Assembly (NCBI RefSeq): GCF_006345805.1
Contig: NW_021836053.1
Location: forward strand, 1-25,321
Source: Octopus sinensis
Taxonomy: Eukaryota
DNA length: 25,321 nt
Direction of reading: 5' to 3'
A program made the position numbers and the translations under genes. Numbering within the stretch: the first letter of the stretch is position 1; every line of letters starts with the position of its first letter. The notes beneath the pieces were generated by a model. It was not told where the DNA came from. It saw nothing but the letters and a program-made list of their open reading frames with translations, and did no database searches. Positions 11,497 to 22,250 of this stretch are shown here, one piece after another.

Positions 11497-12223
11497 AAGC
11501 TAACAAATAAATTATGTTTTAGGCACAAAAACTCATTTTACTACTAAAATAATCTCGGAAACGAGGCAGGGTCGCACACTTTTGAGGTCATTTTCGGGCA
11601 ATATTTTGATTTGCTTCTTATGTTTCACTTTCCTCTGATTTTCACGCATGCATAGAATTCTACTCAGATAAACGTTTATGAAAATGTACACGTATATATT
11701 GTATTAAAATAAGCCACAACCCCCAAAATTCATTAAAAGACATCCATTTCTCTATATGTTATAAGGAAATACGGTCACTCACTCTCTCTCTCTCTTTCAC
11801 ATGCACACACACATACATGCATACAAAAAGATGTGTGTATATGTATTTATGTACGTGTATATGAAAGATAATGTGTGTGAGAGAGAAAGTGCCACTTACA
11901 CATAGATGCAAAATATACATACATGACAACACACCTTCACCCACTCACTCACTCACTTACTCTCTCTCTCTCTCTCTTGGTAAAATTTCTGTACCAATTA
12001 TGTTATTTTTTGCAGCTAAAACCAATTGAAATGATCTTTTTTTATTCTATGATTCGTGTTTGTAATGAGCGTATTTAAAAACCTGATCTTTGATATAAAT
12101 TTAAAAGGAAGTCTTCCCAGAAAACCTGTCCCTTACCTGTTGTTTCTGACATGTCCAAGGTAACATTTGTGTCCCCACCTTATTTTTTCCTAAATCTCTT
12201 CTTTTTCCTATGTTTTCAATACA

Positions 12224-12825
12224 GGAGTTTAGGATTTCGCCCAAAACACACGTTCTAAATATTTTGACTTTCTCCTTCCCCCACCCCAAATTTCTTCATT
12301 TTTACTTTTTTCCAAATTTTTTTCTTGGTAATCTACGGAGAATTTCTTGAAACACTAAAATCTCCTTCCCAAACATCCACTCATCATTACCTGACCACTT
12401 TCAAAACGCTACAAGCGCCTAATATTTCACTTTTAGCTTTTTGGAAAGCGGAGAAGTTTCTTCAGAAATAATGTTGTTTACCTGTTATTTCTAGCATGTC
12501 AGGTTTTCTGGTGGTGATCTGATATTTTTTACGTCTGCTAATTCAGTAGGCATGCATGAAACATCAGAAGAAAGTGAAAGATTGGGAGATTTTAGCTTTT
12601 TGAAAGCGGGTAGGTCTTGAGTGTGCGAGGTGGAGCGAAGGGGAATTGAGTGTTTCTTTAAAAGAAATTAAACTTTAAAAAAAATATACTTCCCAGATTC
12701 GTAATCTCTGTATTTTTCTATATGAGTAAAAAAACAAAATTTGAAAAAGTTACAAATTAAGAATTTGCAATGGGTCAAATTAAAATTTTGAAAACGTGAT
12801 TTCTGGGCAAAATCGTATTAACTCC
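12224..12825. mobile_element. Old foldback/MITE-like element with long degenerate inverted arms
   Basis: Reverse complement of 12224-12325 aligns with 12728-12825, and that of 12340-12431 aligns with 12573-12669. Confidence 0.65.
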
Positions 12826-12949
12826 CTTTTATTCGATGAAACAATACATAGTTTGTGATCCTTCTTAAGAAGAGAAGACACCTACATGCAAACCCGTGCA
12901 AATTGTACCCTTCTCCTTCACCTTTGAATAAACAATAACTTCCATTACG

Positions 12950-13080
12950 TTTTCCTCGACGAAATCCACTCATAAGGCTTTGGTCGTTTCAAGAGTATGG
13001 TAAAAGATACATGCCAAAAGTGCCGCGCAGTGGATTTGAGCCCGAAACCAGGTGGTCTAAGAGGAAACGTTTTGCCACAC

Positions 13081-13086
<6 letters not shown>
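12950..13086 (-). mobile_element. Head of SINE family A
   Basis: Reverse complement aligns to 13565-13700 (ctgtgtgg.aa...ggtt..ggg.tca..cc.ctgcg.ggc.c.tt.ggca.gt.tctt...gaccaaag.ctt.tgagtggattt). Confidence 0.8.
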
Positions 13087-13170
<84 letters not shown>

Positions 13171-13252
13171 TGTGTGTGTGTGTGTTGTGTGTGTGTGTTG
13201 TGTGTGTGTGTGTGCGTGCGTGTGCATGTGTATGTAAGTGTGTGTGTGTATG
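13087..13252. repeat. (TA)n(TG)n microsatellite
   Basis: Direct reading. Confidence 0.95.
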
Positions 13253-13560
13253 TACTTCAAATATGATTCTAAACGCTGCTACTTGTGTCTGAAGATTACA
13301 TGAAGGAAATTAGAACTCGAAATGTCTGAAGAATGAATTCTCAAAGACTCAGTCTGACTGTAATAGAGCAAGTAAGTTGTTCTGTTGACTAAACAACTAG
13401 AATGGGCATTTGTTTATCTATTTATTTATTTATTTACTTCGTCTTCCTTTGCTAAATTACAATTGTGATGGGATTTAGGAGGATTAACACACAATTAACT
13501 GTGTATAGTGCCCACATTAGTGAGTTTGATCTCAGAGCCCTAAAATAAAGTACCACACCA

Positions 13561-13746
13561 GGCGAGGCTGTGTGGTAAGAAGCCTGTGTGCCAACCACAT
13601 GGTTCTGGGTTCAGTCCAACTGCGTGGCGCCTTGGGCAAGTGTCTTCTACTATAACCTCGGACTGACCAAAGTCTTGTGAGTGGATTTGGTAGACGGAAA
13701 CTGAAAAAAGCCTGTCGTATATATGTGTATATATATATATATTATA

Positions 13747-13789
<43 letters not shown>

Positions 13790-14035
13790 TGTGTGTGTGT
13801 GTGTGGTGTGTGTGTGTGCATATGTTTGTGTGTTTGTGTTTGTCCCCCCAACATCGCTTGGCAACCGATGCTGTTGTGTTTACGTCCCCGTAACTTAGCG
13901 GTTTGGCAAAAAGAGGCCGATAGAATAAGTACTAGGCTTAGAAAGAATAAGTCCTGGGGTCGATTTGCTCGACTAAAAGCGGTGCTCCAGCATGGCCACA
14001 GTCAAAATGACTGAAACAAGTTAAAGAGTAAAAAG
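13561..14035 (+). mobile_element. Full-length tRNA-derived SINE family A (CORE-like ccttgggcaagt) with internal (TA)n(TG)n
   Basis: A-box-like ggctgtgtggtaag, B-box-like ggttcagtcc, conserved tail shared with several copies in this window. Confidence 0.9.
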
Positions 14036-14044
14036 AAGAGTGCA

Positions 14045-14180
14045 GTGTTCTACTAATTTATCAATCCTGAACAGATAAGGGGCTAAACCTACCTCGACGG
14101 GAATTGAACTTAAATCCTAAAGTGACATAAAAAAATATAGTACTGCATTTTATTCGGCGCTATACAGATTTTCTCTAGAT
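14045..14180 (-). mobile_element. Decayed SINE family B fragment
   Basis: tactaatttatcaatcctgaa...acctcgacgggaattgaact aligns with 21074-21135. Confidence 0.65.
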
Positions 14181-14282
14181 CCATCGCTTTAACAATGAGT
14201 GCTAATATAATAAAACAAAAGACTTTAATATTTAATGGCAGTGGTGGAGATGCGGGCAGGTGGGTGTAGATTCGTAGCAGGA

Positions 14283-14405
14283 GCAATCGATTAAATCAAA
14301 CACCCCCTACTCCTAAATAACTACTTATTTTATCGACCCCGAAATGATGAAAGGCAAAATAGACTCCGCTGAGATTTGAACTTGGAATATAATGGCAGGC
14401 AACTA
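14283..14405 (-). mobile_element. Decayed SINE family B fragment
   Basis: tacttattttatcgaccccgaaatgatgaaaggcaaaatagactccg..gagatttgaact matches 21075-21135. Confidence 0.75.
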
Positions 14406-14452
14406 AATATTGATCAATGGCGTAGACTCGAGGCCACTTGGGATGAGAATAT

Positions 14453-14500
14453 AGTACTTGACTGGCGCTTTATTTTATCAACCCTGAAACGATAAAAGGC
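14453..14500 (-). mobile_element. Short SINE family B core fragment
   Basis: actggcgctttattttatcaaccctgaaacgataaaaggc matches 21070-21108. Confidence 0.6.
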
Positions 14501-15124
14501 TCGTTAGCTCGTTCTCCTGTGGTTGTTTATAATGGAAGTAACAGTGGTTTATGGCAGCCATATTAAACCATACATTTTCTGTCATTCTCAGCTTCAGTTT
14601 TATTTTTATTTACTTTTGTGGTAAAATTGTAATGGCAGTTGACATTACTGCTTTATTGTTGGTGAGAACACGCGAACGATGTTGTGTCAGTTTCTCATTC
14701 GTTATCAGCAGAATGTCCACATAAAAGTAACATTTCAAACCCAAGCTTTTTTTTTTGTGAGACTCTCTTCTTCGTTTGCAGCATCAGTACTCAGCAACGA
14801 GATTAATCAGATGAAATAAACGGTAGTTAATGACGCTTATAGGAATAAAATAGAGAATATCTACAACAGTATAAAATCATATTCAATATCTTAAATACAA
14901 TGGACACAGCAGTGAGTAGAATAAAACAAAATGCGTATAAAGTATATTATATGAAACAAATATAATAGCATCACAACATATAAATACATCGTCGAACAAA
15001 CCCTTAAACAGAACTCAACATGCATTGCACCCAATAATAAAAAAAAAATAATATTAAAATATGCTACAAAAACGCGATTACTAAAAGTCTCTTCATCAGA
15101 AACAATCCAATAGCTGAGTTCGTC

Positions 15125-15206
<82 letters not shown>

Positions 15207-15768
15207 ACAAACATATTACTTTTATTTTGATTCAGTCTCTTGTCATTCTGAGTTTCGCCTGTGGGAACGCAAGTTTCCTGTGCATCCACCGGCAAAAGCT
15301 AGACTAACAAGAGGTGGACTTCACCACAATATACAAAACAAAAAGCATTATGAACCTCTAATCTAATATCGAGAACTCTTCCTTCTAACAGTCAACACTA
15401 AACAGATATATATATATATATATATTTAAACACACACACACACATATATATATATATTATTTACGTGTGTGTATATACATATATATTCATAAATGCATAT
15501 ACGAATATATATATGTAATCTACGAATATAAATATACATATATAAAGAAATGAATACAATACACACACACACACACACATATATATATGTATAATCTATG
15601 TACATATAACATTATGTATATATATATATATATATGTCTATGTACACACATATACACATATATACACACATATACATAGTGCAAAGATATTAACACGAAA
15701 CATACTTTAGATGTGTACCTATGTATATGTATATGTGCGTGTGTATATATATATATATATATATATAA

Positions 15769-15990
15769 AGTGGTGAGCTGGTAAAATCGTTTGTGTGTCG
15801 GACAAAATGCTTAGCGGTAGTTCGTCGTCTTTACGTTCTGGGTTCAAATTCCGCCGTGGTCAACTTTGCTTCGCATCCTTTCGGGATCGATAAAATAAGC
15901 ACCAGAGTTGAGCATTGAGGTAGGGGGTACTGATGTAATTGATTTACCCTCTTCCCCAAAATTGCTGGCCTTGTCTCAAAATTTCAGAAC
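15769..15990 (+). mobile_element. tRNA-derived SINE family B (Meta-domain-like core)
   Basis: gagctgg.a.aa.cgtt...ggttcaaattccgccg.ggtc.actttgc...catcctttcggg.tcgataaa.taag; reverse complement of 21040-21202 with a different tail. Confidence 0.85.
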
Positions 15991-16630
15991 GATATATATT
16001 ATATATTTACATAGGTATATATACACACTTTCAGACAATAGATTTCTACCAAGTGTCCCTATGTCGAAAAATTCCTTTTAAGTCATTAGAAAGTACAAGT
16101 TACCGTCACCAGACTAGCCCTGTCCGCCTACTTTTACACACCTGAGCGCCCTCTTAACTTTTTACCTTCTTCATTCACATTTTCTCTATTTTTATACTTC
16201 GCACATATAAGGATGGAAACGCAGAATTATGTATTCCGATGTGAGCACTAAGATCCTGTTAATAGATTGTATAAAGTTCATTCATATCTTATACACACAC
16301 TCACCCATACCCACTCCTCGCACACACACACACGCACGGCGACCGGTTGAATAGTGCAACCGGTCATTGAACGATGACAGAAATGTAAGATGGATCCGTC
16401 GCTCGTGTCAGTTCGTGACGTCTGTCTTTCTGGTGTCTGTGGCTGAAGAAAAGATAACCACTCCGGAATGCATGTGTCCAACAGTCTGGTTAGGGAACAC
16501 TGTGAGCTGACTCGGTGTGTTTTGCATCTGTGTGTCTACAGCGGGAAAATTTTCCATGATATAATACACTGAAAAGATTTCTTATGGGTTCGAACATGCC
16601 TCAAGCATATGGGAACTGGTAACAAGTTTC

Positions 16631-16674
<44 letters not shown>

Positions 16675-16689
16675 GCATGTTGTGTGTCT

Positions 16690-16970
16690 TGGCTGGTTAA
16701 TGCCTCGTGAGTGAATTTGATAGATGGAAACTGCATAGAATCCCGTTGTATATGTATATGCGTGGACGTTCAGGTCTTTTGCGTTTGTATATGTCTTCCA
16801 TCGCTTGTGCCAGGCTCTCTTACATACCCGCAACTTAGTGATTCCGCAAAAGTGTCCGATACAATGAGGAGCAAATTTAGAATGAGTACGGGGATCGGCT
16901 TCTTTTTTCGACTAACCCAGCTTGGCAGTGCTCCAGTATGGCCGCAGTTTAATAACTGAAACAGATAAAA
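16690..16970 (+). mobile_element. 5'-truncated diverged SINE family A
   Basis: gtgagtgaatttgatagatggaaactg...aacttag...gtgctccagtatggccgcag...actgaaacag aligns to 13675-14020. Confidence 0.8.
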
Positions 16971-17233
16971 TAATAATAAAGACATAAAACAATGGAGCGA
17001 GCGAGATTGGCACTAAAATAAACTTCACAGCACAGCCTTGAAAATTGGAAAAAATAAATGGATTCTTGTCTTCAAAAAATGTAAAACAAATGTTCCTGAG
17101 TTACAAAGGGGTTGTAATTACACAGAAATGTTACCACCACAATCCAGAAGCTTATACATAAATATTTGACTAAAAGAGGTGCAACCAGCCAAAACGCTTG
17201 ATTAAACATTTAAAACTTACGGAGCTCCAACTT

Positions 17234-17827
17234 TGTACGTCCTTCCAGTATGGCAGCAATAATAATAATAATAATAAAGATATGAAACAATGGAGTGAAT
17301 GAAAGTGGGACTAAAATCAGTGTACACGAGGGTAGGCGTGGAGTCTCAGAGCCTTGGCTAGCAACCCACCTTGTGATGCTGTCACGATGAAAATACTGGT
17401 GACTGCACAACCTTATAAATGCTACCTCTCAATGAGTGATATCAAAATTAAATAATGACTACAATTGCGCTAACGGGACTGGATCTGTTTACAGTGAAGG
17501 TGCCACGCACGGCAGGCAGGGACTATCTGATCAAGTTCTGGCAGGTCGTCATCAAGCTATCGATCAGGACAAAAATCACTGTCAAAAGTGCAAAATAAAA
17601 AGAATGAAATGGGAAAAAGATGCAAACAAAATAGTAAAGAGATTGGAATAGAATGGTCAGTAGAGCTCCTACAGAAAGTTTGTCTCTTAGGGACAGCAAG
17701 GATTATCAGGAGGGTTTTAGGCACTTGAAAGACAGCTAAAGCCTTGTGGATACCTAGGTTTTACAGGTAGTGACCCGCTACCCCCATAAGTCCTACAAGG
17801 AATAAGACCGAACCTGAGCTAAATCAA
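17234..17827 (+). mobile_element. Short internally deleted R4/Dong-type retroelement (5' leader + ORF N-terminus joined to ORF C-terminus + 3'UTR)
   Basis: 17436-17636 reads ...GRHQAIDQ...KRMKWEKDANKIV. 17639-17728 (other frame) reads EIGIEWSVELLQKVCLLGTARIIRRVLGT*, homologous to the C-termini of the two neighbouring R4/Dong ORFs. Ends in (TAA)n. Confidence 0.7.
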
Positions 17828-17906
<79 letters not shown>

Positions 17907-17918
17907 TAATAATAATAA
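17828..17918. repeat. (TAA)n target tract
   Basis: Direct reading. Confidence 0.98.
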
Positions 17919-19389
17919 AGGAGATGGTATACATCATGCTACTATGAAGGAAAAAATAAGAAAGGAATACTATAGGAGAATAAGGCTTGTACTGAAGACT
18001 GAACTCAACTCCAAAAATTGCATTGAGGTCATTAACACCCTGGCACTTCCAGTAGTCCAGTACAGTTTTAACATCATTAACTGGAACCTTACGGAACTCC
18101 AACACTTGGACAGGAAGACAAGAAAGTTACTGACATCCAAGAGCATGCACCACCCTAAGGCAGATGTAGACCGCTTGTACCTACCTAGAAGCAGCGGGGG
18201 GAGAGGAATGATGCAATTAGAGCTGTGCTATAAGACCTCTACTGTAGGAATGAACAGGTACCTATCTAGTACAAAGGACTGGATGCTGCGACTTGTGTGC
18301 GAACACGAAAGCAGCAAAAAGCTACATTCTATTGTCAAGGAAGCTTATAAGTTCGAAAGGGAACTAGACATTAACCTTGAATCAGATGAAGAGCCGGAAA
18401 CCACTGCTACCGAGCAAGCAAAGCGAATCAAGCAGACTGCAAAAAAGAACGGGCAAAATCAAATTGAGAGGCGGTGGAGCCAGAAGCCCCTGCATGGACA
18501 ATATATTCTCCGAAGCCAAAATGCTGATGTAGACCAAGCAACAACCCATCAGTGGCTGAAGAGCTCTGGATTGAAAGCAGAGACTGAAGGCTTCATAATG
18601 GCAGCACAAGATCAAAGCTTGTTTACCAGAAATTACCAGGCTAACGTTCTCCGAAACGGTACTGACCCTAAATGCAGATTCTGCGACACATTTGACGAAA
18701 CGATAGACCATCTCGTTTCGGGATGTCCTGTGCTGACACCAAACGAATACAAAAATCGCCACTATAGGGTAGGACAGTATATACATTGGAAGATATGTAA
18801 ACACTACAAATCCGACACTCCTGCTAACTGGTATGAACACCATCCTCAGCCAGTTGTTGAAGGTAAAGATGTCACCATCCTCTGGGATTTTCAAGTCAAC
18901 ACTGACAGAACGATCAAGGCTAATCGACCAGACATAATTGTTAAAGACAGGGAAGAAAATACCTGCAGACTATTAGAAGTAAGCGTCCCCACTGATAAAA
19001 ATGTATCTGTCAAGGAATTTGACAAACTTAGTAAATATAAGGACCTGGAAATCGAAATACAGAGGATGTGGAATCTTAAAACAAAAACTGTTCCTGTTAT
19101 TGTAGGTGCCCTAGGTATGATAAAAAAGGGATGTCAGAAACACCTAGACAATATCCCTGGAAAACCATGTCTCAAGGAAATCCAAAAGATAGTGCTAACA
19201 AGTACTGCCCACATCCTTAGAAAAACCCTATCAATGTAAATGTTTGTGTTTGTATTACATGGAGATATATCTCTACTTCCCCTCCCCAAGCTTTCAGCTA
19301 TATTTCAACAACTCTTAACCTTCACTTGCCCTAGGGCGCTGGGTGTGCCCCGGCAGGTGATTGCATCAAACATGCAGATTAAAAGTAAA
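17919..19389 (+). mobile_element. 5'-truncated R4/Dong-clade non-LTR retrotransposon inserted in (TAA)n
   Basis: Uninterrupted ORF, 150-bp 3'UTR, (TAA)n on both sides. Confidence 0.92.
17944..19239 (+). CDS. C-terminal half of RLE retrotransposon polyprotein (post-RT thumb/linker, CCHC zinc knuckle, restriction-like endonuclease); RT catalytic core absent
   Basis: HHPKADVDRLYLPRSSGGRG, ETEGFIMAAQDQ, CRFC-x8-H-x4-C, RH..VGQYIHW, NRPDI...EVSVP...KLSKYKDL, VIVGALG. The frame is also open upstream to ~17920. Confidence 0.92.
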   Translation: MKEKIRKEYYRRIRLVLKTELNSKNCIEVINTLALPVVQYSFNIINWNLTELQHLDRKTRKLLTSKSMHHPKADVDRLYLPRSSGGRGMMQLELCYKTSTVGMNRYLSSTKDWMLRLVCEHESSKKLHSIVKEAYKFERELDINLESDEEPETTATEQAKRIKQTAKKNGQNQIERRWSQKPLHGQYILRSQNADVDQATTHQWLKSSGLKAETEGFIMAAQDQSLFTRNYQANVLRNGTDPKCRFCDTFDETIDHLVSGCPVLTPNEYKNRHYRVGQYIHWKICKHYKSDTPANWYEHHPQPVVEGKDVTILWDFQVNTDRTIKANRPDIIVKDREENTCRLLEVSVPTDKNVSVKEFDKLSKYKDLEIEIQRMWNLKTKTVPVIVGALGMIKKGCQKHLDNIPGKPCLKEIQKIVLTSTAHILRKTLSM

Positions 19390-19414
19390 TGACAATGATA
19401 ATAATAATAATAAT

Positions 19415-20201
19415 CCCAGCAATGTTTGAGAAGCTCAGGACTCAAAGCAGAGACTGAAGGATTTTTAATTGCAGCACAAGATCAAAGCACCCCCACCAGA
19501 AATTACCAAAAACATATAATGAAAAGAAACATAACAAGTAACTGCAGAATATGTGGAGATGGACAAGAAACAATAAATCATATTATCTTTGGCTGCCCAG
19601 TCCTGGCTAAGAAGGAATATATTCACAGACACGACAGAGTTGGGACCTACATAGTTTGGAAGCTATGCCAACAATATGGAATAACAACAGAAAAAAGATG
19701 GTATAAGCGCACACCAGAAAAGGTAACAGAAAACGAGAAAGCAACCGTACTGTAGGATATTCCAATACACACAGATAAAGAAATTAAGGCCAATAGGCCA
19801 ATATAGTTGTCAGAGATCATGAAGAAAAAAATGCTTTCTAATTGATGTATCAATACCAGCAGATGACAACGTTTCTCTAAAAGAAATGGAGAACATTTCA
19901 AAATACAGAAACCTGGAAACAGGGGTAACTCGGTGGAATCTAAAAACAGAAACAATTCTTGTCATAGTAGGCGCATTAGGTATGATAAAAAAATATTCAG
20001 ACAAATACATAACAAAACACCAGGACTTACAAATATATATAACTCAGAAAATTGCACTACTGGGCACTGCACACATCCTACGCAAAACACTTTCAATACA
20101 GTAACCATGAGAGCATCACAGCAAACCACAGCACATACCCAAGGCACACACAGCTGCGCTCGGTAGTGAAGTGAAAGCACGCTATAAAAATAAAACTACT
20201 G
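19415..20201 (+). pseudogene. Decayed 5'-truncated R4/Dong element of a different family
   Basis: SSGLKAETEGFLIAAQDQ, CRIC..ETINHI..GC, RHDRVG; stop at 19753-19755 and frameshifts; ends QKIALLGTAHILRKTLSIQ* with a distinct 3'UTR and (TAA)n flanks. Confidence 0.9.
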
Positions 20202-20434
<233 letters not shown>

Positions 20435-20979
20435 TGAAAGTCAGCCAAACAGTTTAAAACATTTAAAAAAATAAAAGTTGTTTCTTGTCAGATTCTTAAA
20501 TTGAAACAATATTAAAAAAATTTCAGAGCGTGATAAAGACTTTTTAAACTACTTCAAAACATTTTCCATGTAATATTTCATAGAACATAAATCGAGTAGA
20601 TTTAGATCGTTAATATCGAGTTATATGTTCTAAAGGCGATCATTCGCTTTAGAACCGACAATAAAATAGAACTAAAGAAGTATGGGTTTTCGCCACAAAA
20701 ATAATTTTAGATGATGGTAAAGCAATGATTTATTTTTTTGCTTTAGATATCTGATTTTTCACCAAAAGTCTTAATCATTTTGTAGCAGAGTCCAGAAACT
20801 GAAATATAATAGATTTTTCACCAATAAAATCATTTATCAGACGAATACTTCGGATAAAGTAATTCTTCTGAGCCAGTTATTCATTATTAATTATCTTCTC
20901 CACAATGTAATATGAGCTCTCGGTCTTTTTTCTTCTTCCATCTTTCTTTTCTTTTTTTTTTTAAATTTATCTTCTACCT

Positions 20980-21200
20980 ATTTCTTTACTACCCACAAGG
21001 GGCTAAACACAGAGAGGACAAACAAGGACAGACAAACGATTAAGTCGATTACATCGATCCCAGTGCGTAACTGGTACTTAATTTATCGACCCCGAAAGGA
21101 TGAAAGGCAAAGTCGACCTCGGCGGAATTTGAACTCAGAACGTAACGGCAGACAAAATACGGCCACGCATTTCGCCCGGGTTGCTAACGTTTCTGCCAGC
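20980..21200 (-). mobile_element. Young SINE family B with 10-bp target-site duplication
   Basis: Intact CpG-rich copy with B-box gagttcaaattcc on the minus strand. tcttctacct occurs at 20970-20979 and 21201-21210. Confidence 0.9.
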
Positions 21201-21210
21201 TCTTCTACCT

Positions 21211-21390
21211 GTTTCAGTCATTAGACTGTAACCATGCTAGGGAGCCACTTTTCAGGGTTTTATCCAAACAAATCGACCCCAGTACTTATTTTTAAATTTT
21301 GTAATTGTCATATCGACCGCTAAGTTAAGGGGACATAAACAAACTAATACCAATTGTTAAACACTGGGGCAAACAAACATAGGCACAAAG
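21211..21390 (-). mobile_element. SINE family A tail
   Basis: gtttcagtcatt.gactg...ccatgct.g...aaatcgaccccagtacttatt...ccgctaagtta.ggggac.taaaca is the reverse complement of the 13875-14018 tail. Confidence 0.8.
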
Positions 21391-21404
21391 AAGCATCGAT
21401 GTAT

Positions 21405-21560
21405 ATAAAGTAGTATTAGAAAGTTCCCAGCCTAGTTATGTTTAATAAAAAATAACTTATTTACCTAAGTTTTAACATCATCTCCTTCGGAATAGTTACC
21501 TTGCGCAGCAATAAACAGGTCCCAGCGTTCCTGTTACATTTGGAATCCAGCCTGAAAGTC
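21405..21560 (-). mobile_element. Mariner transposon 3' remnant (transposase C-terminus + probable TIR)
   Basis: 21560-21465 on the minus strand translates DFQAGFQM*QERWDLFIAAQGNYSEGDDVKT*, matching the mariner C-terminal RW.KC....G.YFE motif. Confidence 0.8.
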
Positions 21561-22250
21561 TGTACGTCTTTCCAGTATGGCAGCAATAATAATAGTTAAG
21601 TTAAGTTAAGTTAAGTTAAGTTTTTGGCTCAAAAAGGAAAAAGCAAGGCCATGTAGGGGGACATGGAGTTATGTACAGGGAGGGTGTTCATGCAAAGAGT
21701 TCAGGCCATTTCTGGTCAAGAGAGACTTTGAACCGAGCGGTCGTCGGCATCTTCACTATCTCGTTCGGCAGCTTATTCCACAGATCCGCAACCCGGACAG
21801 AGAAAGTCCCTCTCCTTCGATTGAGATGAAATCGTTGCAGATAGAGCTTTTCGGAGTGACCCCGCAGCCGACGCTCTGGAGGAGGAGTGAAGAACAGCTC
21901 TTTCGAGAGGTTACACTTTCCGCTTATGATGTTGTGAGCAAGAATAATAAAGATATGAAACAATGGAGTGAGTGAAAGTGGGACTAAAATTAGTGTACAC
22001 GAGGGTAGGCGTGGAGTCTCAGAGCCTTGGCTAGCAACCCACCTTGTGATACTGTCACGATGAAAATACTGGTGACTGCACAACTTTATAAATGTTACCT
22101 CTCAATGAGTGATATCAAAATTAAATAATGACTATAATTGCGCTAACGGGACTGGATCTGTTTACAGTGAAGGTGCCACGCACGGCAGGCAGGGACTATC
22201 TGATCAAGTTCTGGCAGGTCGTCATCAAGCTATCGATCAGGACAAAAATC
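21561..22250 (+). repeat. Second copy of 17234-17577, interrupted by a LINE at 21595-21942
   Basis: Near-identical sequence from tgtacgtc.ttccagtatggcagc to caggacaaaaatc. Confidence 0.95.
21595..21942 (-). mobile_element. 5'-truncated CR1-type LINE 3' end with (TTAAC)n tail
   Basis: RLRGHSEKL...FSVRVADLWNKLP...FKVSLD is the typical CR1 ORF2 C-terminus; stop at 21688; (CTTAA)n tail; aataata flanks both sides; empty site visible in the 17234-17577 copy. Confidence 0.9.

Noticed and set aside
13289-13330. CTGAAGA...GAAATGTC hammerhead-like spacing
   Set aside because: No stem II pairing between the motifs.
18382-18894. 170-aa minus-strand ORF
   Set aside because: Antisense shadow of the retrotransposon ORF.
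21688-22083. 131-aa ORF as a gene
   Set aside because: Chance fusion of the antisense leader repeat with the inserted CR1 C-terminus; its N-terminus is the same as the spurious ORF 17210-17410.
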